64,000 nt of DNA from the human T2T-CHM13v2.0 reference genome, Homo sapiens: NCBI RefSeq assembly GCF_009914755.1, contig NC_060939.1; one strand, 5' to 3'. Positions 34,368 to 48,360 of this stretch are shown here, in pieces; positions within the stretch are counted from its first letter, which is position 1; every line of letters starts with the position of its first letter. Both the position numbers and the translations under genes were made by a program. The notes under the pieces are model-generated. The model was not told where the DNA came from. It saw only the letters and a program-made list of their open reading frames with translations, and made no database searches.

Positions 34368-35917
34368 GTTTTTTTCCTTTGAACTTTCATTTTAGTCTCA
34401 AGGAGTACATGTACAGGTTTGTTGCATAAGTACGTTGTGTGTCACTGGGGTTTGGTGTACAAATTATTTCATCACCCAGGTAGTGAGCATAGCTCCTAAT
34501 ATGAAGTTTTTCAATCCTCATCCTCTTCCCATTCTCCACCCTCAAGTAGGTCCCAGTGTCTATTCCCTTCTTTGTGTCCACGTGTACTCAATGTTTAGCT
34601 CCCACTTATAAGTGAGAACATGCAGTATTTGTTTTTCTTTTATTCCTGTGTCAATTCACTTAAGATAATGGCCTCTAGCTGCATCTATATTGCTGCAAAG
34701 GCTATCATTTTATTCTTTTTTATGGCTGCATAGTATTCCCTGGTGTATATGTATCACATTTTCTTTATCCAGTCCACCACTGATGGGTATCTAAGTTTAT
34801 TCCATGTCTTTGTTATTGTGAATAGTGCTGCAGTGAACATACATGGGCATGTGTCTTTACGGTAGAACAATTTATATTCTTTTGGGTATATTCTCAGTAA
34901 TGGGATTGCTGGGTCAAATGCTAGACCTGTTTTAAGTTCTTTGAGAAATCTTCCAACTGCTTTCAACAGTGGCTGAACTAATTTACGTTCCTACCAGCAG
35001 TGTATAAGGATTCCCTTTTCTCTGCAACCTCACCAGCATGTGTTATTTTTTGTTTTTACCTTTTAGGAATAGCCCATTATGACTGGTGTGAGACGGTATC
35101 TCATTGGGGTTTTGATTTGCATTTCTCTAATGATTAGTGATGTTGAGCATTTTTTCATATGCTTCTTGGCTGCATATGTGTCTTCTCTTTTGAGAAGTAT
35201 CTGTTCATGCCTTTTGCCCATTTTTTAATGGGGTTGTTTGTTATTTGCTTGGTGATTTATTTAAGTTCCTTATAGATTCTGGATATTAGACCTTTGCCAG
35301 ACACACAGGTTTGCAAATATTTGTTCCCATTTTGTAGGTTCTCTCTTGACTCTGTTGATAGTTTTTTTTTTGCTGTGCAGAAACTCTTTAGTTTAATTAT
35401 TTTTTTTGTTTAATTTTTAATTTTTTTTGTTTAATTACTTTTATTTTTGTCACAATTGCTTTTGGAATGTTTGTCATGAAATCTTTGCCAGGGTCTGTGT
35501 CAAAAATGGTCTTTCCTAGGTTTTCTTCTGGGGTTTTTATGGAACCAAAAAAGAGCCCAAAGAGCCAAAGCAACCCTAAGCAAAAACAGCAAAGCCAGAG
35601 ACATCACACTACCTGACTTCAAACTATACTGCAAGGCTACAGTAACCAAAACAGAATGGTACTGGTACAAACACAGATACACAGACCTACGGAACAGGTT
35701 AGAGAACCCATAAATAAAGCCACGCACCTACAACCATCTGATCTTTGACAAAAGGCAATAATAACAAGCCATGGAAAAAGGACTTCCTATTTAGTAAATG
35801 GTGCTGCGATAACAGGCTAGTCATATGTGGAACACTGAAACTGGACTCCTACCTTTCATCATATACAAAAATTAACTCAAGATGGATTAAAGACTTAAAT
35901 GTAAAACCTAAAACTAT
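34368..35917 (-). mobile_element. L1PA15/16-like element with a 5' inversion (minus 34368-35538, plus 35539-35917)
   Basis: The minus part ends at 'ataaaaaccccagaagaaaacctagg' and the inverted part ends at the adjacent L1 position 'aaaacctaaaacta'; flanks tatatgtttt / tatatatttt. Confidence 0.88.
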
Positions 35918-36269
35918 TATATATTTTTAATGAAAGAATTCAACTTGTTCATATGTAATGCAAGAACTGAGCCATTCAATTTTATTCCTTCCATCTTCCT
36001 TTATGTTTGTTACTCATTGTGCATAAACACGTTCTTTTTTTCTTTTACTTATAATTGTGGGTTTGATCACATAATTATTCATTCCATTTTTTTTTTGCCT
36101 TTCTAATTGGAATGCATACTCTATTTTCAATTCTACTGTGACCTTTTTTCCTAAGCTTTCATGATCATACACATATGACTCTACTATTAAAGCTGAAGTT
36201 ATAAACTGTTTAGAAATAATGGCACTGTATTCATGGGTTGTAGACAAAATGGTATTCGTAGATTTTTCC

Positions 36270-36900
36270 ATGCTCAATGTTTGTTGAGCAACTACAATGT
36301 GCCAGAGACTGCTGAGGTGCTAGAGAGACTTCAGTGGACAAATAAGATCAAGTCCTGCCCAGCAACTGTTCCAACTGAATAAATGGTAGTGCCATTCACT
36401 GAGACACTGGGGAAACTCATCGGCAGGTAAATAATATTTAAAGCTTGGAAATGAATAGTGGTAATAATAGCTAATATGTATAGAAAGCTGAACTATGTTC
36501 CAGGAATTGTTCTAGGGTTTTTGCATAAATTAATTCATCCTCACAATAGTTCTTTGAAGAAGGTACTGTTACTATTTCTTCAGAAAACAGAGGCACAGAC
36601 ATTTTTAAGTTTGCCATAGTCACACAGCTATTAAGTAGCAGAATTGAAACGAGGCTCTAAGTACGTTAAATCCAGATCCCACATCCACAACCATTATTCA
36701 CTGATTTCTGGATGAGATTACCTGGAGGGTCTGTGAGGATAAGGAAAAGAGCAAACATAACCCTGGAAAACAGCAACATTCAGAGTTCGGAAGAAGTGAA
36801 GGAGCAAACCATGGAGGCTAAAAAGAAGTATCTGGTGAGTAGGAGGACAATAAGGAGACTAGTATATCTGGGAAGGTAGTTGAAGTTAATATATCAAGAA
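36270..36900 (-). mobile_element. L2 fragments with a nested MIR (~36460-36700)
   Basis: 'atgtttgttgagcaactacaatgtgccag'; MIR 'taataatagctaat...cctcacaatag...acagaggcacag...gtcacacagct'. Confidence 0.6.
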
Positions 36901-37018
36901 GCTGAGATAAAGTCAGACGTCTAAGGCAATATAAAGAAATGAAAATCCCAGTTGACTTAATCAATAAAATCAGTGTTTTTTTTAGAGACAAAATACACAA
37001 AATTCTAGTAAAACTGAG

Positions 37019-37305
37019 TTTTTTTCTTCCCAACTTTTATTTTAGGTTCATGGGTAAGTGTGCAGGTTTGCTACATGGGTAAATTGCACGTCATGGGTGT
37101 TTGTTGTACACATACTTTTGTCATCCAGGGAATTAGTATAACACCTCATAGGTAGTTTTTCAATCCTCACCCTCCTCCCACCCTCCACCTTCCAGTAGGC
37201 CCCAGTGTCTATTTTTCCCTTCTTTGTATCCATGTGTACTCAATGTTTAGCTCCCACTTGTAAGTGAGAACGTGCAGTGTTTGGTTTTGTGTTCGTGTGT
37301 TAATT
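37019..37305 (-). mobile_element. L1PA15/16-like 3'UTR fragment
   Basis: Poly(T) then 'caacttttattttaggttca...tgtactcaatgtttagctcccacttgtaagtgagaac'. Confidence 0.85.
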
Positions 37306-38175
37306 AAAAGCTGATGTTTTAAAGCTAGAGAAGGTACAAGTGTGCAACATTAAGAATAAAGAAGATTACACATATACAGATACAAAGGATATTTAAATAT
37401 TATGAGAGTATCGTGTTCACACTTATGAAATACACTTGAAAGCATGGGTGAATTAATTCTCGAGAATAGGTTAATCACCAACATTGACTCAGGAAGAAGT
37501 GGAAAATGTAAACAAACCCAAAACAATACAAAAGATTGAAAAGCTACAAAAGGATCTACTCAGATTATTTTATAGAATAAATTTACCAGATCTTCAAGGA
37601 AGAGAACATTTCAATATTAAGAAACTGCTCTAGAGCATAGAGAAACATGAAAAACTTCCCAATGTATTATACCAAGTCAGCATACCTAGATACTCAAAAC
37701 TGAAGATAGAAGCAAAAAATGAAAACAAAATAACAAAAGTATAGATATCTTACTTCTGAAAACAGGTGCAAATATCACAGATAATAAAATACTCATTAGT
37801 GTTTGCATCCAGTTAAGTATTACAATGAATATTACTTCACAATTAAGCTTGGTTTAGTCTAGGAAGCCAAACGAGTTTCAACATTAGGACACATACTGAA
37901 GATCTTTACTACATTAATGGGTTAAAAGAGAAAAATTATACTTCCATTCTCAAAAGATAAGGAAGAAAAATATTTGAACCTGTTTCTTTGGGGGGAAAAA
38001 ACTAGTAAGTTAGATATAAAAGAAAACTTCAATAATCTAATAAGCAATATTGTAAAAAATTAGGTTTTAGCTATAAGTATTAGAAAGTTCCTGCTCATTG
38101 GCCTTAAATGATAAAAAAGAGGAGTCTTGAGTGCTTCCCAGGATAGTTAATCAAAGTAGCTCAAAATCACCAAGG

Positions 38176-38532
<357 letters not shown>

Positions 38533-38579
38533 TTAACATATATGCTATATATATATATATTAACATATAACATATGTGT

Positions 38580-38617
38580 TAATATATGCTATATATATAT
38601 ATATATAGCATATATTA
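38580..38617. repeat. Perfect 38-bp AT-rich palindrome
   Basis: TAATATATGCTATATATAT|ATATATATAGCATATATTA equals its own reverse complement. Confidence 0.95.
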
Positions 38618-39279
38618 GTCTATTAGCATTTTACTCACTAGTTCACAGTCATAACATTACTCTGCAAAAATAACGTGTCTTGGAAGGAGGATTATTTTTT
38701 CTCACAGTCCCGTTTTAAAACAGGGAACTTCATCTAGAAAACGTTTGTCTCGTTATCCACAATTTCGTCATAATCTCAGTCTTGGACAAATCACTGGTAA
38801 TGAGAGTGAAATTACCATTATTTACCGAGAGGAAACATATGGAAGAGCATGGGTTACTCAAATAAAATCAGAGTTTTAATAAAAGGAAATAAAGATGTCA
38901 GTTAGGGAGCCAGAAGTGTCTGTTAAAGATCTCTACCAGAAGCCTGAAATAAAAATTATATTTAAAACACAACTAAATGGTGGGAAATTAGAAGCATCCC
39001 TCCTAAAGTTAAGAACAAGATAAGACTGCGAATATCATTAGTATTTAACATTGTATTAAAGATCTAGCAATTCATTCAATATTGTGTGAGTGCCTACTGT
39101 GTACTATGTACTGTATTCGATATAGGAAATACAATAGTAAGCACCTTAGAATCTGCTGTCTAACAGAAAAGAAAGACAAAATTAGGTGAACACAAAATAA
39201 CTGCAAGCTATTTTAAAGGTTGTGTTGAAAACAAACAGAAGGCTGAGATAGAGAAGTGAGGGGGACTTTCTTTAGATAG

Positions 39280-39667
39280 TTATATGGTTTGGCTCTGTGT
39301 CTCCACCCAAATCTCATCTCGAATTGTAATCTCCATGTGTCAAGGGAAGGACCTGTAATCCCCACATGTCAAGGGAGGGAGCTGATTTGATCATGGGGGC
39401 GGTTTCCCCCATGCTGTTCTCATGACATTGAGTGAGTTCTCATGAGATATGGTGGTCTTGAAAGTGTTTGGAAGTTCCTCCTCGACTCTTCCTTCTCCTG
39501 CCACCTTGTGAGGAAGGTTCTTGCTTCCCCTTCGCCTTCTGCCATGATTGCAAGTTTCCCGAGCCCTCCGCAGCCATGTGGAACTGTGAGTTAATTAAAC
39601 CTCTTTCCTTTATACATTACCCAGTCTCAGGTATTTCCATATAGCAGTGTGAAAACGGACTAATACA
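39280..39667 (+). mobile_element. THE1D-type MaLR solo LTR
   Basis: 'tatggtttggctctgtgtctccacccaaatctcatctcgaattgtaat...gcagtgtgaaaacggactaataca'. Confidence 0.9.
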
Positions 39668-40105
39668 GATCAGAAGATCAGAAAGTCTTCTTTGAGAAAT
39701 ATTTAAGCCTAGAATTAGACCTAAGAATTACGAGGATCTGGCTATAGGAAGAGTAAAGCAAAGGGCATTCCAGGTATAGGAAAATGCACAAGCAAAGGCC
39801 CAGAGGCCAGAAAGAATTGCAGTATTAAAATTTAAAGATTCATGTAACTAGAGCATGGAGAGCAAAAAAAATCAGTGAAATTGATAAAGATGAGAAGGTG
39901 TAGGTCGTAAAGAGCCTGTATGTCTTTGGATTCTAAATTTATTAGAGAGTTATTGACAGACTAAGTAGAAGAATGACATAACATTATTCCCAATTTAGGA
40001 ATGTCACCTCTATTCTTTGGAGACTGGATTGAGAAACCCAAAGTAGACATGGGGATGCCATTTTAGAGGCAGTTCAAAGTCATCCTGATGAGAGATGATG
40101 GCCGC

Positions 40106-40507
40106 TGTTAGGGACTGAATTGTTTTTTCTTAAAATTCATATATTGAAGTTCTAACCCCCAGAACCTCAGAATATAACCTTATTTGGAGATAGGGTCTTT
40201 TTACAGAGGTAATAAAGTTAAAATGAGGTCATCAGGATGGGTCCTAATTATCCTTATAAGGAGAGGAAATATGGAGATGTACACATACAGTGAGAAGACA
40301 AAGTGAAGACAAAGGAGAAGAGAGCCACATACAAGCCAAGAAGAGAGACCTGGTAAAGGTCCTTCTGCCCAGCCCTCAAAGGAAACCAACCCTGCTGAAT
40401 CCTTGATCTTGAGCTTCTAGCCTCCAGAACTGTGAAAACATATATTTCTGTCCTTAAAGCCACCCAGCCTATTTCCTTTGTCATGGAGGCCCCAGGAAAA
40501 CAGTACA
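40106..40507 (+). mobile_element. MLT1B-type MaLR solo LTR
   Basis: 'aaaattcatatattgaagttctaacccc...tatttggagatagggtcttt...cctccagaactgtga'. Confidence 0.85.
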
Positions 40508-41778
40508 GTGGCCTAGACCAAGAAGGGGGCAGTAAAGATGCTGAAAAGTAGCTAAGCCCACATGCCTTTGGATACAGAATGACAGATGTCCTGATGGATT
40601 ATCCAATGGTAATCATACAATGAAATAAGAGGTGTCAGCATTGGAAAGGAAGAAACAAACTGTCACTACTTGCAGGTGACACCACTATTGGTCTAGAGTC
40701 TACCCAAGAACTGTAAAGTGGCTGTATATAAGATCACAATTATTGTAATTACTTATGTTTGGACTCTCTTTAGCCATCTCATTTAATGTTTTCTGTTAAC
40801 ATTAAATGTTAACCAATTGGAAGACCCAGGAGCAACATCAGAACTGTCTTTAAAGATCTAAGGGGCCACCATGGAGATTAGGAATTTGACTTGCTTTGTG
40901 AGCCTTCAGAAATGAACAGAAGAACTGGTGGACACAACAGTGAGGCTCAAAACAAAACAACAACAATAACAAAAAAAAGCTGTAGCAATGAAACAGTGAA
41001 AACTGATTAACCAAAGGGCATCTTTGGTAATGAGCCTCCTGCCCCTGAAAATACTTAACCAAATGCTGACAGACAAGAGTGATATGGCTTTTTAAAAGGA
41101 AAGGAAATCTTCTTTGGAAGGAAATGCAGATTAAATGACCTCTGAGGTTCCTTCCAGTTCTGATTCAGTGATTCCAGGAAATGCACTGATTTGTTATTGT
41201 GACTTGGTAGCTTATATAATACCTTGTGGATTTTAAATGCTGATGCAGGAAAACCTACCCTGGCCCTGGCTATTTGCTCTGTATTAATGAATGTAGTGTA
41301 ACTACAACTTACTTAAGGCACTCCCTGATTACTGAATCCACCAGATCCAGTTGTTTGCTTTGGTCATTCTCTTGTATTTGGTTGTAAGCCAAACACACAG
41401 ATCACCACACCTTATTCTGGGTCAACTAATAGAGAAGCTAAATATCCTTGGAATCATTACAAACATTTATCAAACGCTTAGTTTCTGGTCAGCAAAATTT
41501 CCCACATATGTTTCCATTTTCTATTTAGACTCAAGTTACTCTATAGCCATTTTGTTCCCAGATTTCATTGCAGAAGAAAGCAGTCCCAAACAGCACGTGA
41601 AATTCCTCTACACGTAGCCTTCTGTAAAGATTTGGTATGTGCTGTGGTTCATGAGCTAGTCAACATTTGTAAAACCCTTTGAGACTTCTCTTGTGGTATT
41701 TCTTGCCAGGAAATTGCTTGATCGATAGATACCTAATGTTTGTGATTAGCAAGAATAAGCTTTCTTAAAGTTGTGTGT

Positions 41779-41800
41779 TTGTGTGTGTGTGTGTGTGTGT
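41779..41800. repeat. (TG)n microsatellite
   Basis: Directly visible. Confidence 0.9.
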
Positions 41801-44048
41801 TTTTTCAGTTGGGGTTAGGTTTTTTCAGTTTCAAGATATTTACAAAGCATTCTTTACGTTGCCCATAAAAATGCAAAATAAAGTTTCCCTGACATTCTGT
41901 ACAAGCTTGTAAAAGAAATGTTGCAGCCACATGAACAGCCTGCAACTCCATTCTGCAATTACAGTTTGCAATAACTCTGGAAGTCCTGGGCCAAGAAAGG
42001 ATTATGAGCTGATCTGCAATGCTCTGACACTTCAGCAGTGGAAAAGCAGTTGTCCAAGTGCCAATTTGCAAAATCCCAACCCAGCTCAAGCCAGACAGGG
42101 GAAACAGATTTCAGTGGCCATATGCGCAATTATTATTCATCCCCATGATGACTGAATAAAGAAACGTTTTGGCCTGACTGGACCCCAATGTGCCCAAGCC
42201 AGGGCAAGCTGATTACACTTAACCCCCACACAGATGCTTGTTCCACCTGCCCCCAGAATCCAGATCCAGATCTACCCCCAGGGAAAGGGGCACTATTAGA
42301 AGGTCTTAGGCCATGATCACAAGGTAAACATGACACCTAAACGTGTGTGACTGAAATAGAGAAACATGGCCATTTCCATTGATGACATGTCCTTAGCTTA
42401 CTTCCTCCTTAACCCTTCTACCTGAAACTCTTGCTTTTTATCTGACCATGGTTACCCCGTCTCCCTAAACTTGCAATCCTGCTCTTCTATGGCAGAAATG
42501 CGTAGAACCATTGACACCTAGTTCTTCTGTTAAGGCAGAAAACTATCTGTTTTCAGTGAGAAGAATCATGAGAAGAGTCTCATTGATTTCATACAAATTG
42601 TTTAAAAGAAAAACAACACAAAGCAAGGAGCTGAATTGAGGGAGTTACGTTTACTCCTTCTAAAAAATCTGGCTGAACATCAGGTCTTTCCTGCTTTTCT
42701 CCTTGTCTGATCTTGGGTTCAGAGGCTAATAAAGCACCATAATTCCTCAGTTATCATAGCTGTTCATTCCTGATGACTTTATCACATACACAAATTGCCA
42801 CAGATCCCCACAAGAATCCTCAAGCATGTCATATAACCATGAAAACATCCCTGATTCTGTTCCTGCCAATCCACATTTCAAAGTGGACATTCGACAAAGC
42901 AAATTATGGGCAAGAAATGGCTCCAATAATAACCACAGCTGTGTAGTCATATGCAAATGACACATGATCCAAATTTGCAAAACCCAGAATCCCTGATTTG
43001 AAGGAAAAAAAATCAAGGCACACTAACCAGGAAATTTGCATTCCAACTACTTGCTTATGTAACTGCTTATAATTCTAGAAGCATAGATACCTATAGTTAC
43101 AGCCACCAGAAATATCTTCTGTTTTACAACATCTATTTATTTCCCACTCACCCATATGACTTAACCATACATTCACTCATTCACTCAATCGGGAAACATT
43201 GACTGAGCCTGCACCATGTCCCAAGGATTGTCTTAAGGAAATAAAAATATAAGATGAAAAAGAGGCAGAGGCTGCCTTAATGCACTAAGCCTGGCTTTAA
43301 AAAAGCTTCCCAATTAGCTAATCAGCAATAGGAATCATTTTCAATCAAATTCAATTATCTCAGTGCCTCATCTGAATAAGAAGTACAAATTCCCATGGAG
43401 AAAACTTGTAAAAGATTCTCCTTGAAGGAGGACTCTGGCAGATTGCTGCAGGGAAGCCTGCAATTTAACACATGCTGGCTCTGAAGAAAAGAACAAAGAT
43501 TCCAAATAAAGTCATTCTCCCTGGAAATCTCATGTCACTTAATGAAGGTATGATTTTCAGAGGTAAATTCTAAAACTTAAAAAAAAAGATATTGTAAGGA
43601 ACTATGCTACTTGGTAGCAGCCCCAGTGAGTGGTGGTACCTATAGGGATGGCATAATCTGATAGCTAACTCTTATTCCAGATATCAAAAAATTAAGAATA
43701 AGGAACAACAACAACAACAAAAAACCATTTAATTTTGCTTGATATAATTCCTTCTTTTAAAAACAGAAATAAAATATTTTCATTCTATTCTGTGCTAATA
43801 AAGAAAGATATTTCTGTTAAAGGACAAAATGCTATAAATATTCCAGCCACTAAGATACATTGCTACCTAAATCTGATGTGCTTACTTAACACATTGACTC
43901 CTGCTTGGGCTTTGAAGAAGCCTATTGGAACTGGGGATGGTGGATGCCTCCGGAATCTTTTCATCTTATCAGAAACCTCAAGACTTGCCTTGTGTACCCA
44001 CCTTCTCATCCCCCTCCCTCCCTGCCCCCACTTTGTCTTTGTTTAATA

Positions 44049-44352
44049 TAGAGTTGGCAAACTATAGCCCTGGCCCACTGCCTAGTTTTGTACAGCTTAT
44101 GAACTAAAAATAGTTTTTACATTTTTAAATTGTTGAGAAAAAAAGATTATTTTGTGACACATGAAAATTATGTGAATTTAAATTACAGTTCCATAAATTA
44201 AGTTTTATTAGCACCCAGCTACCCCCATTTGTCTAAGGCTGCATGTTTGTACTACAAAGGCTGGGTTGAGTAATTGTAATAGAGACCTTACGTGCTCAAA
44301 GCAGAAACACGTACTGTCTGAGCTTTGACAGAAAAAAGTTTGTTGATTACTG
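44049..44352 (+). mobile_element. MER58B-type hAT DNA transposon
   Basis: TIR-like 'agagttggcaaact...aagtttgttgattactg'; 8-bp TSD gtttaata / gtttaatc. Confidence 0.85.
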
Positions 44353-46234
44353 GTTTAATCTTACCTTATTCTTTTTCTTGCATTTGTCTCACATGTTGGC
44401 TCTGTTTGAGTTTAGCCAGGTCTGTCACTTATCTGGCCACAAACTGTACTCATTTATACTTTTTCTATCTCTCCCTGCATTGAACTGGCACACCCAGTGC
44501 ACTCTCCTCACCAGCTAAGCAACCAGTTGGCTGATCCATAGCATTGTTGGTTCTGTCCCACCTTCCCCAGCCTGTAGGCTTTCTTTGTCTTGGTGACCCT
44601 CACCAAAGCTATTCTCAATCATTTTATCTCTGGCACAACTGCTTTCCCCTCTAGAACTCTGTTAACTCTGGTCATGGTCCTCTCTACAAAAGACTTAGTA
44701 GGTTTAATCCCCGGGGCTCTTGGCTTCCATATCCCCATCTCTCATCCCCCAGAAGGCTCACCTCAGTGGAGACATGTGGCCATTTCTTTGGACAATGTGA
44801 TGTTAGCTCACTTCCTCATTGCCTTTCCACCTGAAACTCTTGGCTTTAGCCAGAAATTCTATGGGCTCCAATATTTTTTTTCATTTCTCTAAATATTTTA
44901 ACACAACCAATCAAAACAAAACTCTATTTAGTTGGTGCAGTTTTTTTTCTGTGATAAAAGTATTTGGAGGCTTTTGTCACAGTAGTTCTATTAAAGCCAT
45001 ATGGTTAAGACACATCTATGACTAATGTCAACATTCCTCCTGTCCCTCAAATTTGTTTTTGTAAACAATTTTTAATTTTCCATAGAAATGGATAAGATGG
45101 GAGGGTGCAGTGGGCTATGAATCAGAGCAATCTACTTATAATGCTTCCTGCAACTCTTTACCCAACTCCTGGACTAAGAAGTAGGTTTGACTCCTTGGGT
45201 TACTTCCTTTTCTCCTTTTCCCTATGCACCTTCTATAGACAGGGACATTAACAAACCATGAAGGACACAAGTGCAATTGCAGAAGTCAAAATAATAGAAA
45301 TGAAAAACCCTTATAATCTTCGAGAGAATAAACTGAGTTTCTGGTATTTGAGGTAGTAGGGTTAGAAGAGGTGTGTTATACTCTCAAGAAGGTTTGCTGA
45401 GTTGTAACGATCTTTATTGCTTTTGCAATTTAAAAAAGTCATTTATAAAGCACAAAAAGACTTACGACTTTAACTCTCCTGGAAATGAATGTGAAAGGAG
45501 TGTGGTACTAAATTATCAAGATCTACTCTGGTCACTAGGTGGTCATTAGCTCTAGTCTGAGTTATGTCATAAAGGACTAACTTGTTTGGATCTCTGTGTT
45601 GAGATTAATACTTATTAATAAACTGGACAAGATATTCTCCCATCATAAGGGAGCAATAGGAAACTGCAACTTTGACTTTGCATCAAAGTCAAGGGCACAG
45701 CATAGGCAGCCAGATGATATGGACCGCTTTTCTCATTTGTGCATGTCCTGGTATCCTATTGAATGGTTTTCTATATTGTCAACTCTGAAAATACCAAACA
45801 TACAATTAGTAATTCTTGGGCACTCCTGAATCTGTGGGATCCTCATCTGGGAGATGGAAGCCACTGAATCATGAAAGGTGATCCTCTGAAGTCTCTGGGA
45901 ATCCTGAGTTCTTGCAGTCATAGGCGTCTATGCACACAGCGTAACTTTCATGCAAAGATCTATAATGGGAACTCAAGAGTCACCTGGATCCTGCCTTTCC
46001 ACTGACTATAAAGACCTGCATTGTTTTGCCTTTCCAAATAATCCTGCATGCACTGATGGGAATCATTAGCTCTGAAAGAAGCAATAATCTCAGTATGAGG
46101 AAAATATAAGCATCAGCACTTCTGTGTTTTTCAAATGAACCCAACTCTTCCCTCCGCAAAGAGGTAATATGGGGAAGTAATCATTATAAATTAAGAGAAA
46201 GAAAAAATGTCTATGGAATGTCAAACTGAATTCC

Positions 46235-46713
46235 GTTCAACTGTAAATAATAATAACTGAACTATCATGGCTTAAGCAAATGAGAGTTTATTTTTCTTAA
46301 ATAGTAAGTCATCCTCCACAGGCAATGTCCCAGGCACTGTCTCTCTTTCTATTCCACCATCTTTGGCATATGGCTTCTTACTCTTCTGCATGTTCCGTCA
46401 TGAAACATGCATGAGTCAAAAGAGGGCAGCTCCAATTCCAACCTCAATATTGTGTTCCAGGCAGGAAAATAAAATGAAATGGAGGCAAGCACAACAAACA
46501 CAACACGAAAAAGAGGAAAAGAAAACAAAAACATTTCTCAGAAATCCTTAGTGGACTTCTCCCTATATCTAATTATCTGGAATTCTATCACATACTCATC
46601 CCTAGCTTCAATGCAGATTAGAAAAATATATCACCACTCTGACCCAAATTGACATTTTGTTAGGAAGAAAGGAAGAGTGAAAACTGAGTAGACAACTGGA
46701 GGTGTCTGACACA
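46235..46713 (-). mobile_element. Old MLT1J/K-type LTR
   Basis: 'atggcttaagcaaatgagagtttatttttct...tgtgttccaggcagga...gtgtctgacaca'. Confidence 0.55.
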
Positions 46714-48029
46714 TATGTATAATTTCCAGTGGAGAGTTCATAAACAATGTGTTTATCTATAGCTCTCTATAGCTATTATACAGGGATTCTGATCACAAAA
46801 GTTTGTTTCCATGTGATATCAAACATCTAGCTATATTACTTCCATCTGAAATATGTTCACATTCAGCAGATGTTTGGTATCTTGACACCCCAATCTGCTT
46901 GTGCTGATTTTAACCCAGCCATCCTTAAAACAATGGTTCTCTAGTTACTGAATTAAAATGAAGTGTAAGGCTTGCATTATATTAGAACCAGTGAATTATG
47001 CCAAAATATGGAAAGAATGTATGGAATGATCTGTGAAAGTAAAACAAATGTTTTTTGTTTTGTGTGTGATATAATGAGACTTTCTCTGAACTTGTTGCCA
47101 AAGCTGAAATTTCTGCTAGTGGAAGGTTGATTCATTCATTGTTTTTGAAACTTCTAGTTTAGGCATGCTTGCCCACCTCTTCACATCTTGGGATTATAAA
47201 TTGCCAAATCTTAAGGAAAAGAATTTCAGATCCATATGGAAGCCAACTGAAAATCCAATCTTCTCTAAGGACGAGGTTTGGCTGACTGGATTTGCTGTGC
47301 CTTTACAAAATAATTTTTATTCTGTTACCTCCAGATTTGCTTGAGTCTGTGAAATTCTGATTGCAAACGAAGTTCACGCAGCTGGCATTCATTTCCAGTT
47401 ACTAAGTTAAACAACATCACTACCTGCTACCTTTTCTTTTATGTAGAATAGAAGTGAATATATTCAGATGAAATGAAATTTTTAATGGGTCCTGGAGAAG
47501 AAAACCAAATTTTATTGAATACCTACCATGAGCCAGACCCTGTGCTAAACTCTTTGCATATTTGCAAAGTAAAATGATACCCTACTTTGTTAGCCCTCTG
47601 GGACAAGAACTTTTTGACAACAGCGTCAGCCACGCTTAAAACTCTTAAATCAAACTTGACGTGTTAAGCTGCACAAGACTCCAGCTGAACAGAACCTTTG
47701 TGCTATCTTTGTGATTAAAAGAGGTTAACATCACTTAAAGGGCTTTGTGTTCAATTCAGTTCAGCTACTTCTCTCCAGGCCTTTCTCTTTTCACCCTCAT
47801 GATGAATTTTATGAAGTTTCTTCTCTAATTCCTTCTACTGATCCAAACTGAAACGATATGAGATTTTGCTTGTTGGTGGATTAGGGTCTATGTGTGTGTG
47901 TGTTGTGTGTGTGTGTGGTATGTTAGGATGTGTCGGGGGGTGTCTAGGGAATGTCAAAGTATCAATTTAACTTCATATTTTTAACTGTCTTTACCAACAA
48001 TTGGAAGATAAAAGCTGTGTCCTTACTTA

Positions 48030-48360
48030 AAATTCTATGCCCTAAAGACAAATAAGTCAGAACATTTGACCAGCAAGTTCTATAAAACTTTCTAGAAACA
48101 GAAACTTTCCATGTAATATAATGTGTTTCAGAGCATAGAAAAATGGAAAATTCCCTGATTTATGTTACTGGCCCAGCAAAACTCATATAACAAAGCCAGA
48201 CAAGAATAACCGAAAAAGGAAGATTGCAAACTGCTTCACTTACGTCTATACATATTCTAAATAAAATGTTCTCCAATCATGTCACAAATTAAAATAATAT
48301 TGCAGCCAAAATTTATTCCCCAGAATATAAGAGTAATTCAGAATTACAAAATATAGTGAT
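48030..48360 (+). mobile_element. Ancient L1M ORF2 fragment, host of L1PA2 copy 2
   Basis: 'tttcagagcatagaaaaatggaaaattccctgatt...aaagccagacaag'. Confidence 0.55.

Larger units (their letters stand above)
39070..40600 (-). mobile_element. L2 LINE 3' region interrupted by THE1D and MLT1B
   Basis: 'attcattcaat...gagtgcctactgtgt', 'gggcattccaggtataggaa...gcaaaggcccagagg', 'gagagatgatgg'. Confidence 0.7.

Noticed and set aside
35539-35917. The inverted L1 segment covers almost the same L1 interval that is deleted at ~31898
   Set aside because: The segment is from an older, more diverged subfamily and is explained by twin priming of its own element; treated as coincidence
39326-39383. 29-bp tandem duplication in THE1D
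   Set aside because: Minor internal variation, probably a known THE1 variant; no evidence of function
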